Assembly (NCBI RefSeq): GCF_009914755.1 | Contig: NC_060942.1 | Strand: one strand, 5' to 3' | Source: the human T2T-CHM13v2.0 reference genome, Homo sapiens | Length of the DNA: 64,000 nt | Shown: positions 14,470 to 28,160 of the stretch, in pieces | Numbering within the stretch: position 1 is the stretch's first letter | Layout of the letters: every line of letters begins with the position of its first letter | The notes under the pieces: model-generated | Told to the model about the DNA's origin: nothing | Databases searched by the model: none | The model's input: only the letters and a program-made list of their open reading frames with translations | Program-made: the position numbers and the translations under genes

Positions 14470-16730
14470 ACCCTACGAACCTTTGCCTCCAAGGACCCCA
14501 ACAGCCCTAGCAACGACCATTGACATAGACTCCTGCAGCCCTCACTGATATCAATCTCAGCTTGTTTTTAAAAATTATAGGTAATAATTCCAAAATTTGA
14601 GGAGAAATGTGTATATTCAGATTGATGAAGCTCAAAATTCTTCAAAACATTCAACCCAAAGAAGACTACACTGAGACACATTATAATCAAATTGTTAAAA
14701 CTCAAGGAAGAGAGGATTTTGAAAGCAGCAAGAAGAAGTAACTCATCAAATACAAGGGAACATCTATCAATTATCAGTGGATTTCTCAGCAGAAATTCTA
14801 TAGGACAAAAAGTGAGAAGATACACTCAAAATGTGAAAAGAAAAAACTGGTTACCACAAATACTTTTTCTAACAATGTTGTTGGGTCAGATGAAGGAAAG
14901 ATGAATACTTTCCTTGACAAACAAATGTTGAGGTAGTTCTTCACCATTAGATTTGTTCTTTAAGAAATGCTAATGGAAATACTTCAAGCTGAAACACGTG
15001 CTAATAGATAACACAAAAGCATATAAAAGTATGAAATTTACAAGTAAAAGTAAACATGTAATCAAATAATATTTTAATATTATATATAATGATGATGTAT
15101 GTATCATTTTTAGCTCCAGTGTAAACGTTAAAAAACACGACTATTAACAATAACCACAGCTACTATATTTTTTAATGAATTCATGATCTAAAAATATATG
15201 AATTTTGAAATCAAAAACATGAACTGTGAGTAGAAGTCAAGAAAAATTATAATGCTTTTGTATCTGATTGAAGGTAAGTTATTAGCTGAAAATAGCCTAT
15301 TATAATATGTTTTATTTAAGGCATGGTAACTACAAAGCAAAAGCCTAGAATAGATATACAAAAGATAAAGAAAAAAATTAATGAAAGCACAAAACTACCA
15401 AAAATCATAAATTCACAAAGGAAGGTGGCAAGAGTGGAGGAAAGGAAACAGAACTATAAAACAGCCAGAAAATAATAAAATGGCAATAATACTCCTTACC
15501 TATTAATATATACTTTAAATATAAATAGATTAAATGATCCAATCAGAAGGCATAAAGTGGTAGAATGGGTTTCTTTTAAAAATGACTAGCAGAGGTATCT
15601 ATACTTATATCAGGTGAAATAGACTTTAAATCAAAAGATGTAACAAGAAAAATTTATATAATAAAGGGATCAATTCACCAAGGATATACAATTATAAATA
15701 TATATACATATAACATTAGGTCACCTAAATATGTTAAGTAAATATTAACAGATATGAAGAGAGAGACAGCAACATAATATTAGAGGACTTTAACATCCCA
15801 GTTTGAACAATAGATCATCCAGACAGAAAATCGATAAAGAAACATTGAACTTGAAGTAGACTTTAGACCATATGGTCTTAACAGATATATACGGAACATT
15901 CCATCCAATGACAACAGAATACATATTCTTCTCAAGCACACACACCACATTCTTCAGTATAGATGGTATACTGGGCCATAAAACATGTCTTAACAAATAT
16001 AAGAACACTTAAATCATATTAAGTATGACCCCAGTGGTATGAAACGGAAATAAATAACAAGGGGAAAATTGGAAAATTCACAAATATGTGGAAATTAAAC
16101 AACATACTACTGACAGTGGGTCAAAGGAAAAAAAGGGAAATAAAATATAAAGACAAATGAAGATGAAAACAAACAAATCATATCAAAACTTATGGTACAG
16201 AGTAAAAGCAGTTTCAAGGGGGGCATGTATAGTGATAGATGCCTACATTGAAAATTATTTTAAGTTTCAATCAACCAAATTTTATACCTTAAAAAACTAG
16301 AAAAAGAGGCTGGGCATAGTGACTCATGCCTGTAATCCCAGCACTTTGGGAGGCTGAGGCGGGTGGATTACAAGATCAGGGGTTTGAGACCAGCCTGACC
16401 AACATGGTGAAACCCGGTCTTTACTAAAAATACAAAAAAAACACACACACACACAAAACACAAAAAACGAAACAAAACAAAACAAAAGCTAGGTGTGGTG
16501 GGACATGCCTGTAATCCCCACTACTCAGGAGACTGAGGCAGGAGAATTGCTTGAACCCGGAGGTGGAGGTTGCAGTGAGCTGGGATCGTGCCACTGCACT
16601 CCAGCCTGGGCAACAGAGTGAGAGACTCCATCTCAAAATAAACAAACTAGAATATTGTAAGCCAAAAATTAGCAGAAGGAAGGAAATAATGAAGATTGGA
16701 GTCAAAATCAATAAAGACTGAAAAGACATA
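14470..16730 (+). mobile_element. Old L1M (L1MA-like) ORF1 end, spacer and ORF2 EN region
   Basis: ORF 14692-14904 LKLKEERILKAARR resembles ORF1; EN-like gacttaacagatatatacggaacattccatccaa...acagaatacatattcttctcaag. Confidence 0.85.
16308..16645 (+). mobile_element. AluSg-like element with (AC)n/(AAAAC)n expansion in the linker
   Basis: Alu dimer; partial TSD aaactagaa. Confidence 0.93.
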
Positions 16731-16759
16731 CACATTTATGACATACACAGCTTTTAGTT

Positions 16760-17200
16760 TATATTAGTTTTGACTAATAGTGAGATCCAAAACGCAGACG
16801 TCAAGGGAAGATTTTGTTGTTCAACGATTTAGTTGGAGATACCTGTGTGAGGGATGATAGGAAGAGAGCCAAGAAAATCTGTGAGGATTGTAGAACCGTG
16901 ATACATAGCTGTTTCCATGTGTAGAAGAGATGGAATAAATATCGGGGTGGGAGAAAGTATCCTATACGGCGATGATAACCAAAGAAAGTGTGGTCAAGCC
17001 ATTGGGAATCTTCAAACCAGTGTTGGCCACCAGAAGGGTTCTAGTCTTCCTGGAACAGGTCAGCCTTAGTATTGCCGTGCTGAGGTGTGGCCTCAGCTGG
17101 GCAGACATAAATTCCTGAGTGCAACAGCCGGTCAGTTACAGCTAATCTTTAGGGTTGGAGGTTGGCATGATAGAGAAAATTCTCAAGGCTGCCACACAGT
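16760..17200. mobile_element. Old ERVL-type LTR (LTR16-like)
   Basis: gcagacgtcaagggaagatttt...gatacctgtgtgagggatgataggaagagagcc resembles the LTR16 family from memory. Confidence 0.45.
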
Positions 17201-19415
17201 TTAATTATGTATACATTTTTACTACCTTTAAATTGTTTCCTACATATTGATCTTATTAATCTTGATAAAAACAGAAACAAAAATGGAAAACATAATAGGT
17301 GCTGAGTAATATTTTTAGTGGTTGGCTACTTTGTTTGTTGGTTTGTTAAATAATATATTCAAATATTTTTCAATGGAATGGACTATTTAAGATTATAGTT
17401 TCTAGAAATTTATCTTTAAATTCCTTCATTGAAACCATTTCTTCCATAGAAATTCATTGTGCAAAAATTCTGTTTTTAAACCTTAAAGGATTTTTTGGTG
17501 AGATCATAGGGAAATTAGAGAGTATTTGTCCTTAAATGTCATTTTCAACAAAGAAAATAACTAAGGATAACAGGAGTTAGATTTTCCCAATATCACATTA
17601 TGAGCTAGTTTTAAAGCTACAATGTAAATCTCAAGTCTGGCTTTCAAGTCTAGAGGTACACTATCATGCTGATGCTTTCTCATACTAGCTACATCGCCTT
17701 ATCTTTATGACACAGAAGATACTGGTTTCTGGATTAAAATATATGCATCCCCTACCCCCATTCTTTAGCAGAGCAAGCAAGCTAAACGTTGTTAACCATT
17801 AACATTTTTGTTTGCCTGGTAGAGGAGGTGAGAGAGCGTAGCAGGAAATGAGGCCTTGGGGTCTGGAGAGGCACCAATATAGTTATGCTCCTCCAGCTCT
17901 CTGAACTGGCAGCTGAGTCTGAGGTTGACAAGGAGGGTGTGTAAGGCATCTGTGGTCACAAAGCTGCACAAAAATTTGACTCATTTGCCGGTCAACTGGG
18001 GCTGTCAACCAGACAATCAGCATAGCCAGTTCAGCCTGTGACCCTTTCAGGCAGAGAAGAAAAGGTTTGACTTATTGGGAAGCCCCACTCCGCTGAAAGC
18101 TGCTTTACTGTGTCTCGCATTCAGAGTGCTTTCTCCTCTGCCTGTCTCTCCTGATAATTGTGAGTATCATTGAGGTGAATAAATAGTGATGGCAAGGCTG
18201 TCACTTCCATAATCGCTTATTCTGACCTCTGGATGGGGAGGCAATGATTGCAGATGGATTCCCCAAACACATACCAAGCCTTTTCTCTACCTTCCTCACA
18301 CAATATTGACTTCCATGGTTATACAAACTACTCGTCTTTTTTCCCCCCATTACATAAGAGTCAACTGAAAATTTGAATGACTTACTTATTCTACAACTCT
18401 TATTTTCACATAAGAAGCCAGTAGCTCTGTCCCCAGTCACATCTGATGATAGATTCAAATACAAGCAAGTAATAACATTTGTTGAGAGTTCTGACCTATC
18501 CTGGCAGCAGATGAAACAAAGCAAAAGATGTAATATATACTTGTCTGCAATTAACATGTATGAAACTTAAATGAGATGTAAGAAAAAATGATAGAAATGG
18601 AGTAGAATAGCATAAAATATTAAACTAAAGATGATGATCCAAAAGATATAATAAGCACTAATGGTAATATTACAATGATAGTATTTGAAATAAATTATAA
18701 AGCCTAGGAAAATCAAGGCCATTTTATTTAAGACTTTTTTCACTAAAGCTTCTGAAGGTGAGTAGAGCAAAACTTAATTATTTTTGGAATAAATTAAAAT
18801 GAACTTATTCTTAGGTAAATAGTTTTGTGCAATTTTATATATCCATAACATGTCAGACTTTGGACAAGAACTTTAGTCTCTTGACTTCTAATAATGTACA
18901 ACAGAGGGAATTATATTATTGGCTATAGTTATAATCTATCATATCAATGTTGGGAATTGAGAAATTAAAGTCAATGAGCAAATATTTACAGAATACTTTT
19001 ATTTTGGGTCCATTTATATACTAAATGTACTGCAAGACATAAGACAATGAGAACATATTGAGAATTTCCTTTGGACTTCACTGAGGTAAGGCCCCCACAG
19101 AGAGCGTACTCTAGGGTCATTTTCCTGGAGGTAACAGGTTGATTATTCACCACAACTTCCAGATAGGCAAAATCACAAAACTATTCCTTGGCAATTTCCT
19201 AAGCTTCTGGTGCAATATTTTGAAGATTGAAAAAATTTAATTTCCAAGAATTCTAATGGGCCTCTAACTAAATTCCATGACACAACTAGAAAGGAAAAAA
19301 TAGAGAAATCATACTCTATTCTTACATATTAGGCTTGTAGTCATGACCTTGAGGCTATAGATATCCAGATAATCCATTGTTTTTTATTCAGTAAATGTTT
19401 CTTAGATGTGATATT

Positions 19416-19701
19416 GGCCAGGCGCGGTGGCTCACGCCTGTAATCCCAGCCCTTTGGGCGGCCGAGGCGGGTGGATTACGAGGTCAGATCGAGATCGAGA
19501 CCATCCTGGCTAACACGGGGAAACCCCGTCCCTACTAAAAATACAAAAAAAATTAGCCGGGCGTAGTGGTGGGTGCCTGTAGTCCCAGCTACTCAGGAGG
19601 CTAAGGCAGGAGAATGGCGTGAACTCGGTAGACGGAGCTTGCAGTGAGCCTAGATCATGCCAGTGCACTCCAGCCTGGGCGACAGAGCGAGACTCCATCT
19701 C

Positions 19702-19730
<29 letters not shown>
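19416..19730 (+). mobile_element. AluY
   Basis: Diagnostic ccatcctggctaacac and ggagaatggcgtgaac; ~29 nt pure A tail; TSD agatgtgatatt/agttgtgacatt; small gatcga duplication. Confidence 0.95.
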
Positions 19731-19733
<3 letters not shown>

Positions 19734-21172
19734 GTGACATTGATTAGATTTTAAAGAATAAGCACATTTAGACAAGTAGGAAATAAAAAGCATTTCAAAA
19801 GAGGAAGCTGTGTTCAATGAGAGGTGTTAAGTACCTAACAGGTGCCCAGTGTAACTCTCTGCTAGGTTTGGGAGACTATTTGGATGAGAGAATTTTAAAG
19901 AAAGATATCTGCTGAGATATTGTATCATCAACTGCCACCACTAACTTCAGAAATCTAAGTTTTTCTTCTTTTAAAATATTCTATAGGAAGTCTGAGGAAT
20001 GGTCAAAGAATATTTTCGTGAACAGGTACTTAAGACCAATAATCTATTTGCCACCTCCAGAATGACCCTAGGGAAGATATGTCTTGTCTGTGTGGGGAAT
20101 TATAGCAGTAAAGGCCAATGGAGAGGGCAAGAATCAATACCAGGAGTGTTCCTCTTTCTTACTTTCATATTTCTGTACATGATTTTCTTTTCCAAAATTA
20201 AGGGCAGAGAAGAAAAAGTGGCAAAGATAGAAAGCTACCCCCATTGTGTAATACTAAAAATAAACATTGTGAAATGTTTATTTCACAGGAAACATTGTAG
20301 GCATGTTTCTTTTAATAGCATTCCACTTGCACTGGACACTCATACCCCACCACAGACGTAAATGCCTCACATGTTTCCACAGGGCTCCTTCCCAATTGCA
20401 GGTGGCACAATTTCCGAATCTCCCCTTATACCCTATAAACACATGCTCTCAAACAATTATCATCTTATGAAAAATCATAAATAAATTCTTGGCTAGGTGG
20501 TTGCACTGGGTCGTGTAAAAAGCTCTGGAGTGAAAATCCAACAGGCGTGGGACCCAATATTACTAGCTGTGTATAAGATTTTAGGCAAACTAAGATCCCT
20601 TTGGATTTTAGTATATGTGAGCATTGGAGAGATGATCTCTGAGGAATTTCCAGCTTTGAAACTTTATAACATCGCAGGAGAGAGATACGTTCCAAATGAA
20701 TGAGTAAATATAAAAGTTCTTTGAATATTAATATGTACTTGATAAATGAATGCTATGAAAACCATCCCATGAAGTGCACTCACAATATGCTGAAAGCAAA
20801 CTGGGTTCTAGAAGAAGACTGAATAGAAATTTTACTGCTTGCTGGCATCATATGCTTTTTGGACTCTGGCATTTGAACTGCCCTGATATATCTATAGTCT
20901 GTTTTGCCACTTCCATCTTCTAAACATGCGGGATTAATCTCAACATTCAGACCTCACGTGGCCACTGGGCTCTATCTCCAAAGACACTAAAGCAGGAGTT
21001 TGAAAAATCACCCCCAACCATGGAGATTATGAAGCCATTCTCACATCCATCTGCTTTTTCAACAGAAAAAATAAAAATTCAAACATCACATTATCAGGAC
21101 TATGTCTGCATCCACTCCCTACTCCCCCATCCCCCATCCCCACCAAGGAGCTATATCTAAACCCCTGCGACT

Positions 21173-21192
21173 CCCCCCCCCCCCCCCCCCCC
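21173..21192 (+). repeat. (C)20 homopolymer within a C-tract cluster
   Basis: Read directly. Confidence 0.95.
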
Positions 21193-21829
21193 GATCCTGC
21201 TTTCTGTCTCTGTCTTGCCTGTTATTTCCATCATAATGGAGCAAGACTAACAATGCGGGCACGGTGCCAGCTCCCATTGCTGCATGATGCTCTGATGGGC
21301 TTTAGATGTGAGCACATGTTGAGGGGACATTTAAATGATGTTTGTGTGCTGCACAGTCAGGAAAACAACATTTCTGCACTGGCTCCTTTGATCTCCTAAA
21401 AGCCAACTATCATAATACAAGAAGATTTTTAAATGGGTATAAATAAATCCAAGTGGCTCCAGCCTACATCACAGAGCCTATGCGGCTCCGTTGGCTTCTT
21501 CAGGTTTGCCTTTCCCCACTTCTTGGACTCAATTAGTACATTTCAAGTACACCTGGGTTCCAACAATATCCTAGAATTAAAAGTGAGAGAAAAACTAAAA
21601 TCCTTTCTACTAAGAAGTCAGTTTCTCCCATTAGAAAAGTCTGGGAGACCTTTCTGTCACAGATTAGTAGCAGCTCTGGGGCAAAACAGAAGATGGGCTT
21701 CACTTTAGTTTGCACCTGGTGCAAGTGTCAAAAACACACAGCAACAAGTTGTGATTACTTCGCAGGTTGACAGATTTATTTGAAGTAAATTGGAGGTAGG
21801 AATAATCCAGGAAGAAATAAGAATCAGAA

Positions 21830-22760
21830 GACTATACAAACGAAATGCATGACCAGGAGAAAAAAAAACGGCATTTTGGCAGAGACATGTGCATGAGAAA
21901 AGGAAAGGGAACAAAAGCATGATATGTTCATATGATCTAAGAGTGGTGAAAAAAGAATATACCGGGGCACATATTTCAAGAGATGGCCAGGGAAGTGGTA
22001 AAATAAACTTGTTTGGGATGTTTGGAGTCAGACTGAGAGATGATGAGAGACTTAAATAAAAATGCCAGTGAGGTTGTAGATGATAGAAGAGTGAAGGATG
22101 AGGCATCTATGGGAGGGGTAGGATCAGCAGAAATTGAGTGGTGGTAAAGAACTATAAAAACTTTAGTTGGGACCACTGAATGAAACATAGAGCTAAAAAT
22201 AGAGAAAAAGAAAGCGATTTGGTGAAAAGTTAAGTCTCATTTGTATTGTGTCAGATATACCCGTGGAACAGGGCCATGGAAAATTGACAGCACCTGGAAA
22301 TACAGGTCTGGGTATAGGAAAGAGAAGGGGTGAAAATTTGATGACAAGCAAAGCAACAAAACTGGAACTTAAATTTTGCGTAGTTTAAAAGGAGTTGAGA
22401 AGTTCCAGGGAGAGACAGATGAGAATGCTCAGTGTGATAGAAAATGATCAGTCTGAAATAAAGGAGACAAAAGGGTGTTGGGCATAAAAACCAGGACAGA
22501 AGAGCATTTTATGGAGTGTGTACTCAACATTGCAAATGTCACAATCCCAATAGTATGAGAAATAAAGAGCCTTGTTGGATTTGGCAATTTGAGGATTACC
22601 AGTACAATGAACAGTTTAATTTTAGGAGAGAAAGGAAAAAGCAAAATCCAAGAGGACCAGTGGATGAGAGATAATGAACCAGAGATTTAGGTGGTGACTA
22701 ATCTTGAAAACAAGTTTCATAGTAAAGAGAAGAGCAATAGTTTGATAACTTTGTAGTTGA
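21830..22760 (-). mobile_element. L2 LINE fragments
   Basis: Purine-rich L2-antisense-like motifs: ctggaaatacaggtctggg, ttggatttggcaatttgaggattaccagt. Confidence 0.6.
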
Positions 22761-23784
22761 GGGAAGAAGAATATAAGTGAGGGGGAAGTAGCAAGTGGCA
22801 GAAAAAAAATTGAAGTATATCACGTCAGTTACTAGCAAACCTCTATCATCCCTTGGTATGAATTTTGGAAGACAAAACGTCTTATGTACTCTGGGTTATC
22901 CTTCGTTTCTCAAATTGGGCCCATTAACTGTTAGAAATCCCCTAGAATCCATGACCACAGTTCCCATTGATATGATGCCGTAACCTGACCCAGGCCTTAG
23001 GAGAGAGGGCATAGTGTATTTGTACCACCTCCCCAGAGACCAAATGAATGGCTCAGTGTCTATTAAGATGTGGAGTAGCTAAAGGAAACTGGAAGGGAAA
23101 TCAGAAGCTGAGCTGATGGGAACAAGCAAACGTGACTATTTAACGAACTTGATGTTATATCTGAGTTGTCCTGTGCTGAACACAAACAGAACAGAAGAAA
23201 GAGAATATATACAAAGGGTGTCAGGCTGAACATAAAATTAGGATCCTGGAGTACAACAAAGTCAGCAATCATGATGTCTGGCAAAAGAGAGAGAGAGACA
23301 GACAAGAATGGACCAATAAAGTAGGTTATTAGGAGATGATGTAAAATCTCAAGAGTACTAGATCAAGTGAAGAGACAAGTAGCAATTCCAGTATTCAATA
23401 ATTACCCGCTGTAGAATTGTGATTGGTCAGGATACCAGGAAATTATTCAAAAGTGAAATTATGGAATCTGGTTATATCTCTAGTCAAATTCACCCAAAGT
23501 TAGTTAGGGAGAAGTAGTAATGGAGACAAGTGCAGGTAAAATGGAAATTTAGACAAGAGGAATGATCAGCGAGAAGAAAAACCTCCAGACTTGTGCAGAA
23601 TGGTGGCACAGATATGACCAGTGGCAGGACCTTTCTAGTAATATCATTTATTTGTACGTTTTATTTAACTGTGATTTTCTTTCATGTCGTGCACATAGTA
23701 TCAATGTTAACAAAAGCAAGGATAGAAATAATCATCATCATTTGCAGGTGAGAGGAGGATGAACCAGCATACTGAAGTAATTAT

Positions 23785-25850
23785 CTCAGGACTGAAAGAG
23801 CCTGCAAACCAACTACAAGAGTTGGTAGTATCAATCCTGTTACTGGAAATGGGCTGTGTAGCAGATATTTTAAATATTGGTGATTTTCCCGTGGTTTTAA
23901 ATGTTCCCTAGAATACGTAAGAGATGTACTATTAACATAAGGTTTAACTTTCCCAGCAATCTTATCTGTATGGAATCCCATTGTGAAATCAGGAGACTGT
24001 AAATCTCTAGGACTACCCACTTTTGCATGGCTTCCTGTTGTGTTGTGGCTCTCAGAACCATCATAAAAACAGAAGAAAGCAGACAAAATGTGGAGCTATA
24101 CCAAAGTCAAATTTAGGCAAAATGATATCTTGTAGAGTTAAACTTTCTCAGAAGCAGTGAAAAATGATTGTATCAACTACCAAAGAAAACAATTCAGAAA
24201 TTAATTGCATGGAAACCGTTTTAACCACCCCTTCAAAAGCCCCCAAACCAGTATATGTATGGAAATTTACATAAATATATGGGCAAAAAAGCCTGTTACT
24301 GGCCATAGTTCAGGAAATCATGTCAAAAAAGTTTGTTTTAAAGAAATTAAAAATTCTTAGGCTCCAAAAGTTGTGAGATGCTCTACCCACAGTACCCCAG
24401 GAGCAGAAAGTAGCCACATTTCAGATTTACCATCTCTGGACAGTCCCAATCCCTCGCTATCTTCTTAAATGACTGCTCTTTCCATGGTAGCCCCAGTCAC
24501 TTTCACATATATTGTAGAAGAACTACAAAAGGAAGCAGCTTTATTTGAAGTTGAGAAAAAACCCTGGCTCTGATTCAAACTGAGGAGGATGCAGTACATG
24601 ATTTACTGGTTTTCTATCAGGCATTTGGCAACCCTGAGGAGTTTGTCATTGTTGAAAGGATACCACAGGGACCACTGGCAGTACCTATGTGGAATAAGCA
24701 TGGATATTAGTTCACTGTGGGGTTGAGATACATTTTTCAAATTATGATTGTTAGTATAAAGAAAAGTTGAGGAAAAGAGTTCTTATAAATTTAGTAGTAT
24801 CATATTAAATAGAATAAGAAAGGTTCTAATTTCCTTACTGTGGTTTAAGCATATAGTGTTTGATTAAAAAGAAATTCCTCAGAATTGTGATTTTAGTATT
24901 TTTTCATGTAAAAATGTATAAGAGGAAAAACTTATTAGGTTAAGATTAAATTGGATTGTTTCTTCTGAATAACAAACACTGAATAATCTAACAAATGTAT
25001 GAGTAACTGAATTGTAAGACAGAAAGAACTATGTATAAAAAATAACTTTTTGTTTTAGACTTTAAAAGACCTTTCCAAATATTTGTTGTCACTATGCTTT
25101 ATAACACAACACTGAAGTGTTTAAAGTACGGGCATCAGTCATTAATCTAACCTATTAATGGCCAGAATTTCGTGTTTGCCTCAATGGTTCTATCAACGTT
25201 CTTGTTGCTTTTTTCATAGGCTATGAGTGTGTTCTAGGTTTAAAGACTGATCTGTTCAAATGCCGTCTTTCATTTTAGATGGCACATTCTCCATTTTGCA
25301 TTAAGCAATGGAGTATAGTGGAAAGGGAATAAGAACACTAATTATTCTAGACCGTTTAGTTCAAGATAATAGTTTGTAAGATTTAGAGTCATTGTGGGCT
25401 TTGATTTTGTTTTCATTGGGTTGGAGGATCTTACAATAGCCTAATTGTGACAAAATTAGTTTCTGAAAGTGTTAAAATTTTCTAAAATAAATGTTTAAGT
25501 ATAAACATAAGAAATAGTTTGGAAAAGAGTTCTCATTACCTTCACAATATTGTATATTCAGAAGTTCTCTGAGCCTATGTTGTATATCTAGAAAGAGAAA
25601 TTAATTTATTTATAGTATACTATTTGGTTTGAGTGTTTAAATCTTTTTAAAAATGTTAAATTTGTGTTCTAGTACCTAGATAAATCGGGAAGGTTAATGT
25701 TCTAGTTTCTGAAAGATAAGCCTCGGGGAACACACAGCAATTCGCTGCTATAATTTAGCTGGAAAAATGACTTAAAAAACTCAATATTTCAGGTTTAGCT
25801 CTACCCATGTTTAGCAGACATGTAAGCAAATGTGCTATAAAAAATAATTT
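23785..25850 (+). pseudogene. Processed IBTK (inhibitor of Bruton tyrosine kinase) pseudogene, 5'-truncated with inverted 5' segment; possibly the annotated IBTKP1
   Basis: 24034-24710 (+) translates with frameshifts/stops to the IBTK C-terminus (...DLLVFYQAFGNPEEFVIVERIPQGPLAVPMWNKHGY*, stop 24708-24710); 23785-24036 (-) gives VGSPRDLQSPDFTMGFHTDKIAGKVKPYVN, the immediately upstream IBTK region; no introns; AT-rich 3'UTR-like sequence follows (AATAAA ~25486). 3' end uncertain (25500-25850). Confidence 0.92.
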
Positions 25851-27519
25851 TGATCCATTTCAAAAACTCTTATCAGTGTCCTAAAATTATTAGTCATCAA
25901 AACTAGAGTGTTGGTCAAATGAGTTTGAGTCTAGTACTTTTTTTTTGGTCTCCTACTTCCTCATAAATTCCAATGCGTTTGTTTTACATTAAAGCAGAAT
26001 GGTTGGGAGCCTGATATGACAAATACAAATATTTCATTTTCTTTTCTCTTGCCTTCTTTTCTCTCACATTAAAGTTATGACAGGCTTAAAATTCTATATT
26101 CCAAAGTGAAAAGCAATTTCTTTGCTTCTGCTATCCAAACTTCTTAATGAAGGACTAATGGGATCCAGAAGGATTTCAAAACCTGAAACAAATCCCAAGA
26201 CAGCCAGATTGACCTGCTTCTCCCTGAGCATTCTCTCCTTGATCTGCACACACCACACACACAAGCCAGCAGCGAAGTCACATGTCTCTCTCCTTCCCCC
26301 TCACTCCCTCGCCCAACCTCGCCTCCTGTTCCTTTTCTTCCCAGATCTTTCCTCATTTAGGAAATTAGACTTTAAAAAGAGACATTCCATGTGAATGGTT
26401 CTGCAAATGGAACTAGTCCTTCAGAGCAACAGCCCTTCATCTTTATGGGGGAAATGGAGTGAGTTGGGATGGGGCTTGAGGAGATAAAAATGACCAGCTA
26501 AATCTCAGATTTTTTTCTTAATTACCAAAAAGAAAAGAAAGGTGAACTGTTCTCTGAATGGAAGAGCCTTCCAGAAGACCAAGTAAGTCTTCTATAAACT
26601 GATTTCCCTTCCTGACTGTGATTTACTGGACTGACACCTAATTTGTTCTGAGCACAGTTGATGCCTCAGACACAATGGCGGATGACAGCCCACATAACCT
26701 CTCTTTCAGCTTTCATCTCATATATTCCATTTGAAGTTGAGTTCCGACAAGAGAGAGGCACAGAATTAATATTACCTTGGATCGGCTCAGTCTCCAGAGG
26801 GAGCAGCAAAAGCTTTTCTGGAAACAATAAACCCTTTAAACATGACAAGGGAAATGGGACCTCAGGAGGTCTCTGAAAGTATCTATTATTAAAGAAAAAG
26901 AGGGGAAAACCCTCGTGGGTGACTTTAATTTTTTTTTTTTCCTCAGCAAAAGCAATGATGAACTAGTGCCAGTTTTACATACAAATTTAAAGATCTGGGA
27001 TGGTTTATGTTAAAAAATCTCTCTTTCCCCTACTCCTTAGCATATTAAGTAGAGAAAAAGAAATCTTTATGAACTATATTTCTCATGACATTAATATTTC
27101 CTTTCTGTTTAATCTGTACTAAACAAAAGTGAAATAAAAATGGAAAATTTTCACAACAGAAGCCAGAGAGGAAAAACATGTTATATCCAATCACATATAT
27201 ATATATAAGGTCAAATTTAATGATCCAAATATATGTGTGAGTCTCAAGAATCAGAATATTTAATTGAAACTTAATAGTGTGAATTTCCACAAAATTCAAA
27301 CAAGAAAAAGTACAAATACAAATATGCCTATATAGAGAATGTATATTAATAGCAATATCTTACATTAGTACAATAATTTTTAAAAACAAGTACATTGACT
27401 CACTTGACACTTAGCACAGGTGGTCTGATATTTTTTAAATCTTTTTGTCAAATAATATATAATAATAACTCCTCCAACTATAAAAGAATAAGAAAACAAT
27501 GCGAGGCAGCTTCAGGATA

Positions 27520-27700
27520 ATACACTGTGTGTTGAACCTGGAGTTAAAAATTATGTTCTTTTGTCTTCCTACTTGTACAAATTGGGTATTCTTTCTGGGC
27601 CTCAATATCCTTGTCTGTAAGATGGGTATAATAATAAATATTTCACAACATTCTTGAGAGTCAAATGGAATCATTTATATTAGTTATAAATAAGTGAACA
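27520..27700 (+). mobile_element. MIR
   Basis: ctgggcctcaatatccttgtctgtaagatgggtataataata core. Confidence 0.75.
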
Positions 27701-27887
27701 TCCTTGCTGGGGACACTCAGGAGCATTGTGGCTCAGGCTTAGGATGACAAGAACATTGGGCTGAGCATGGGATTGGGTAGGCTGATGCATAGAGCAAAAA
27801 GGTCTTAAAGTCCCCATTCTGGTGGTACTAGATCAGAGTTGTAAGGAGAAGGGTGACAACTGGCATCCCACTGGAATTGGGGGAACT

Positions 27888-28160
27888 GATATTTTAATCA
27901 TCTGTTGCAGTAGAGCAATAGCATTACCTCAAGATTTTCTGGTTTCTAATGAGAGATGTTTATTATCTCACAATTTTTTTGTGTGTCAGAAATGCAGTCA
28001 AGGCACAGTTGAAAGCCTCTGTCTCAGTCACTCGCAGGCTATAATCAAGTTATTGACCAGGGCTGCACCCATCTCAAGGCTGGCCTGGGAAAGATACACT
28101 GTCAAGTTCAGTTGCTTGACTAGTGGCAGCCTCAGAAGATCCTCTTCTGAGCTGATTTAG
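27888..28160 (-). mobile_element. MLT1 (F-like) LTR fragment
   Basis: tttattatctcaca...aatcaagttattgaccagggctgcacccatctcaaggc. Confidence 0.7.

Noticed and set aside
23781-24086. 101-aa minus-strand ORF with ~50 in-frame IBTK codons
   Set aside because: Starts at TTG, crosses the inversion junction and frameshifts out of the IBTK frame; a pseudogene by-product
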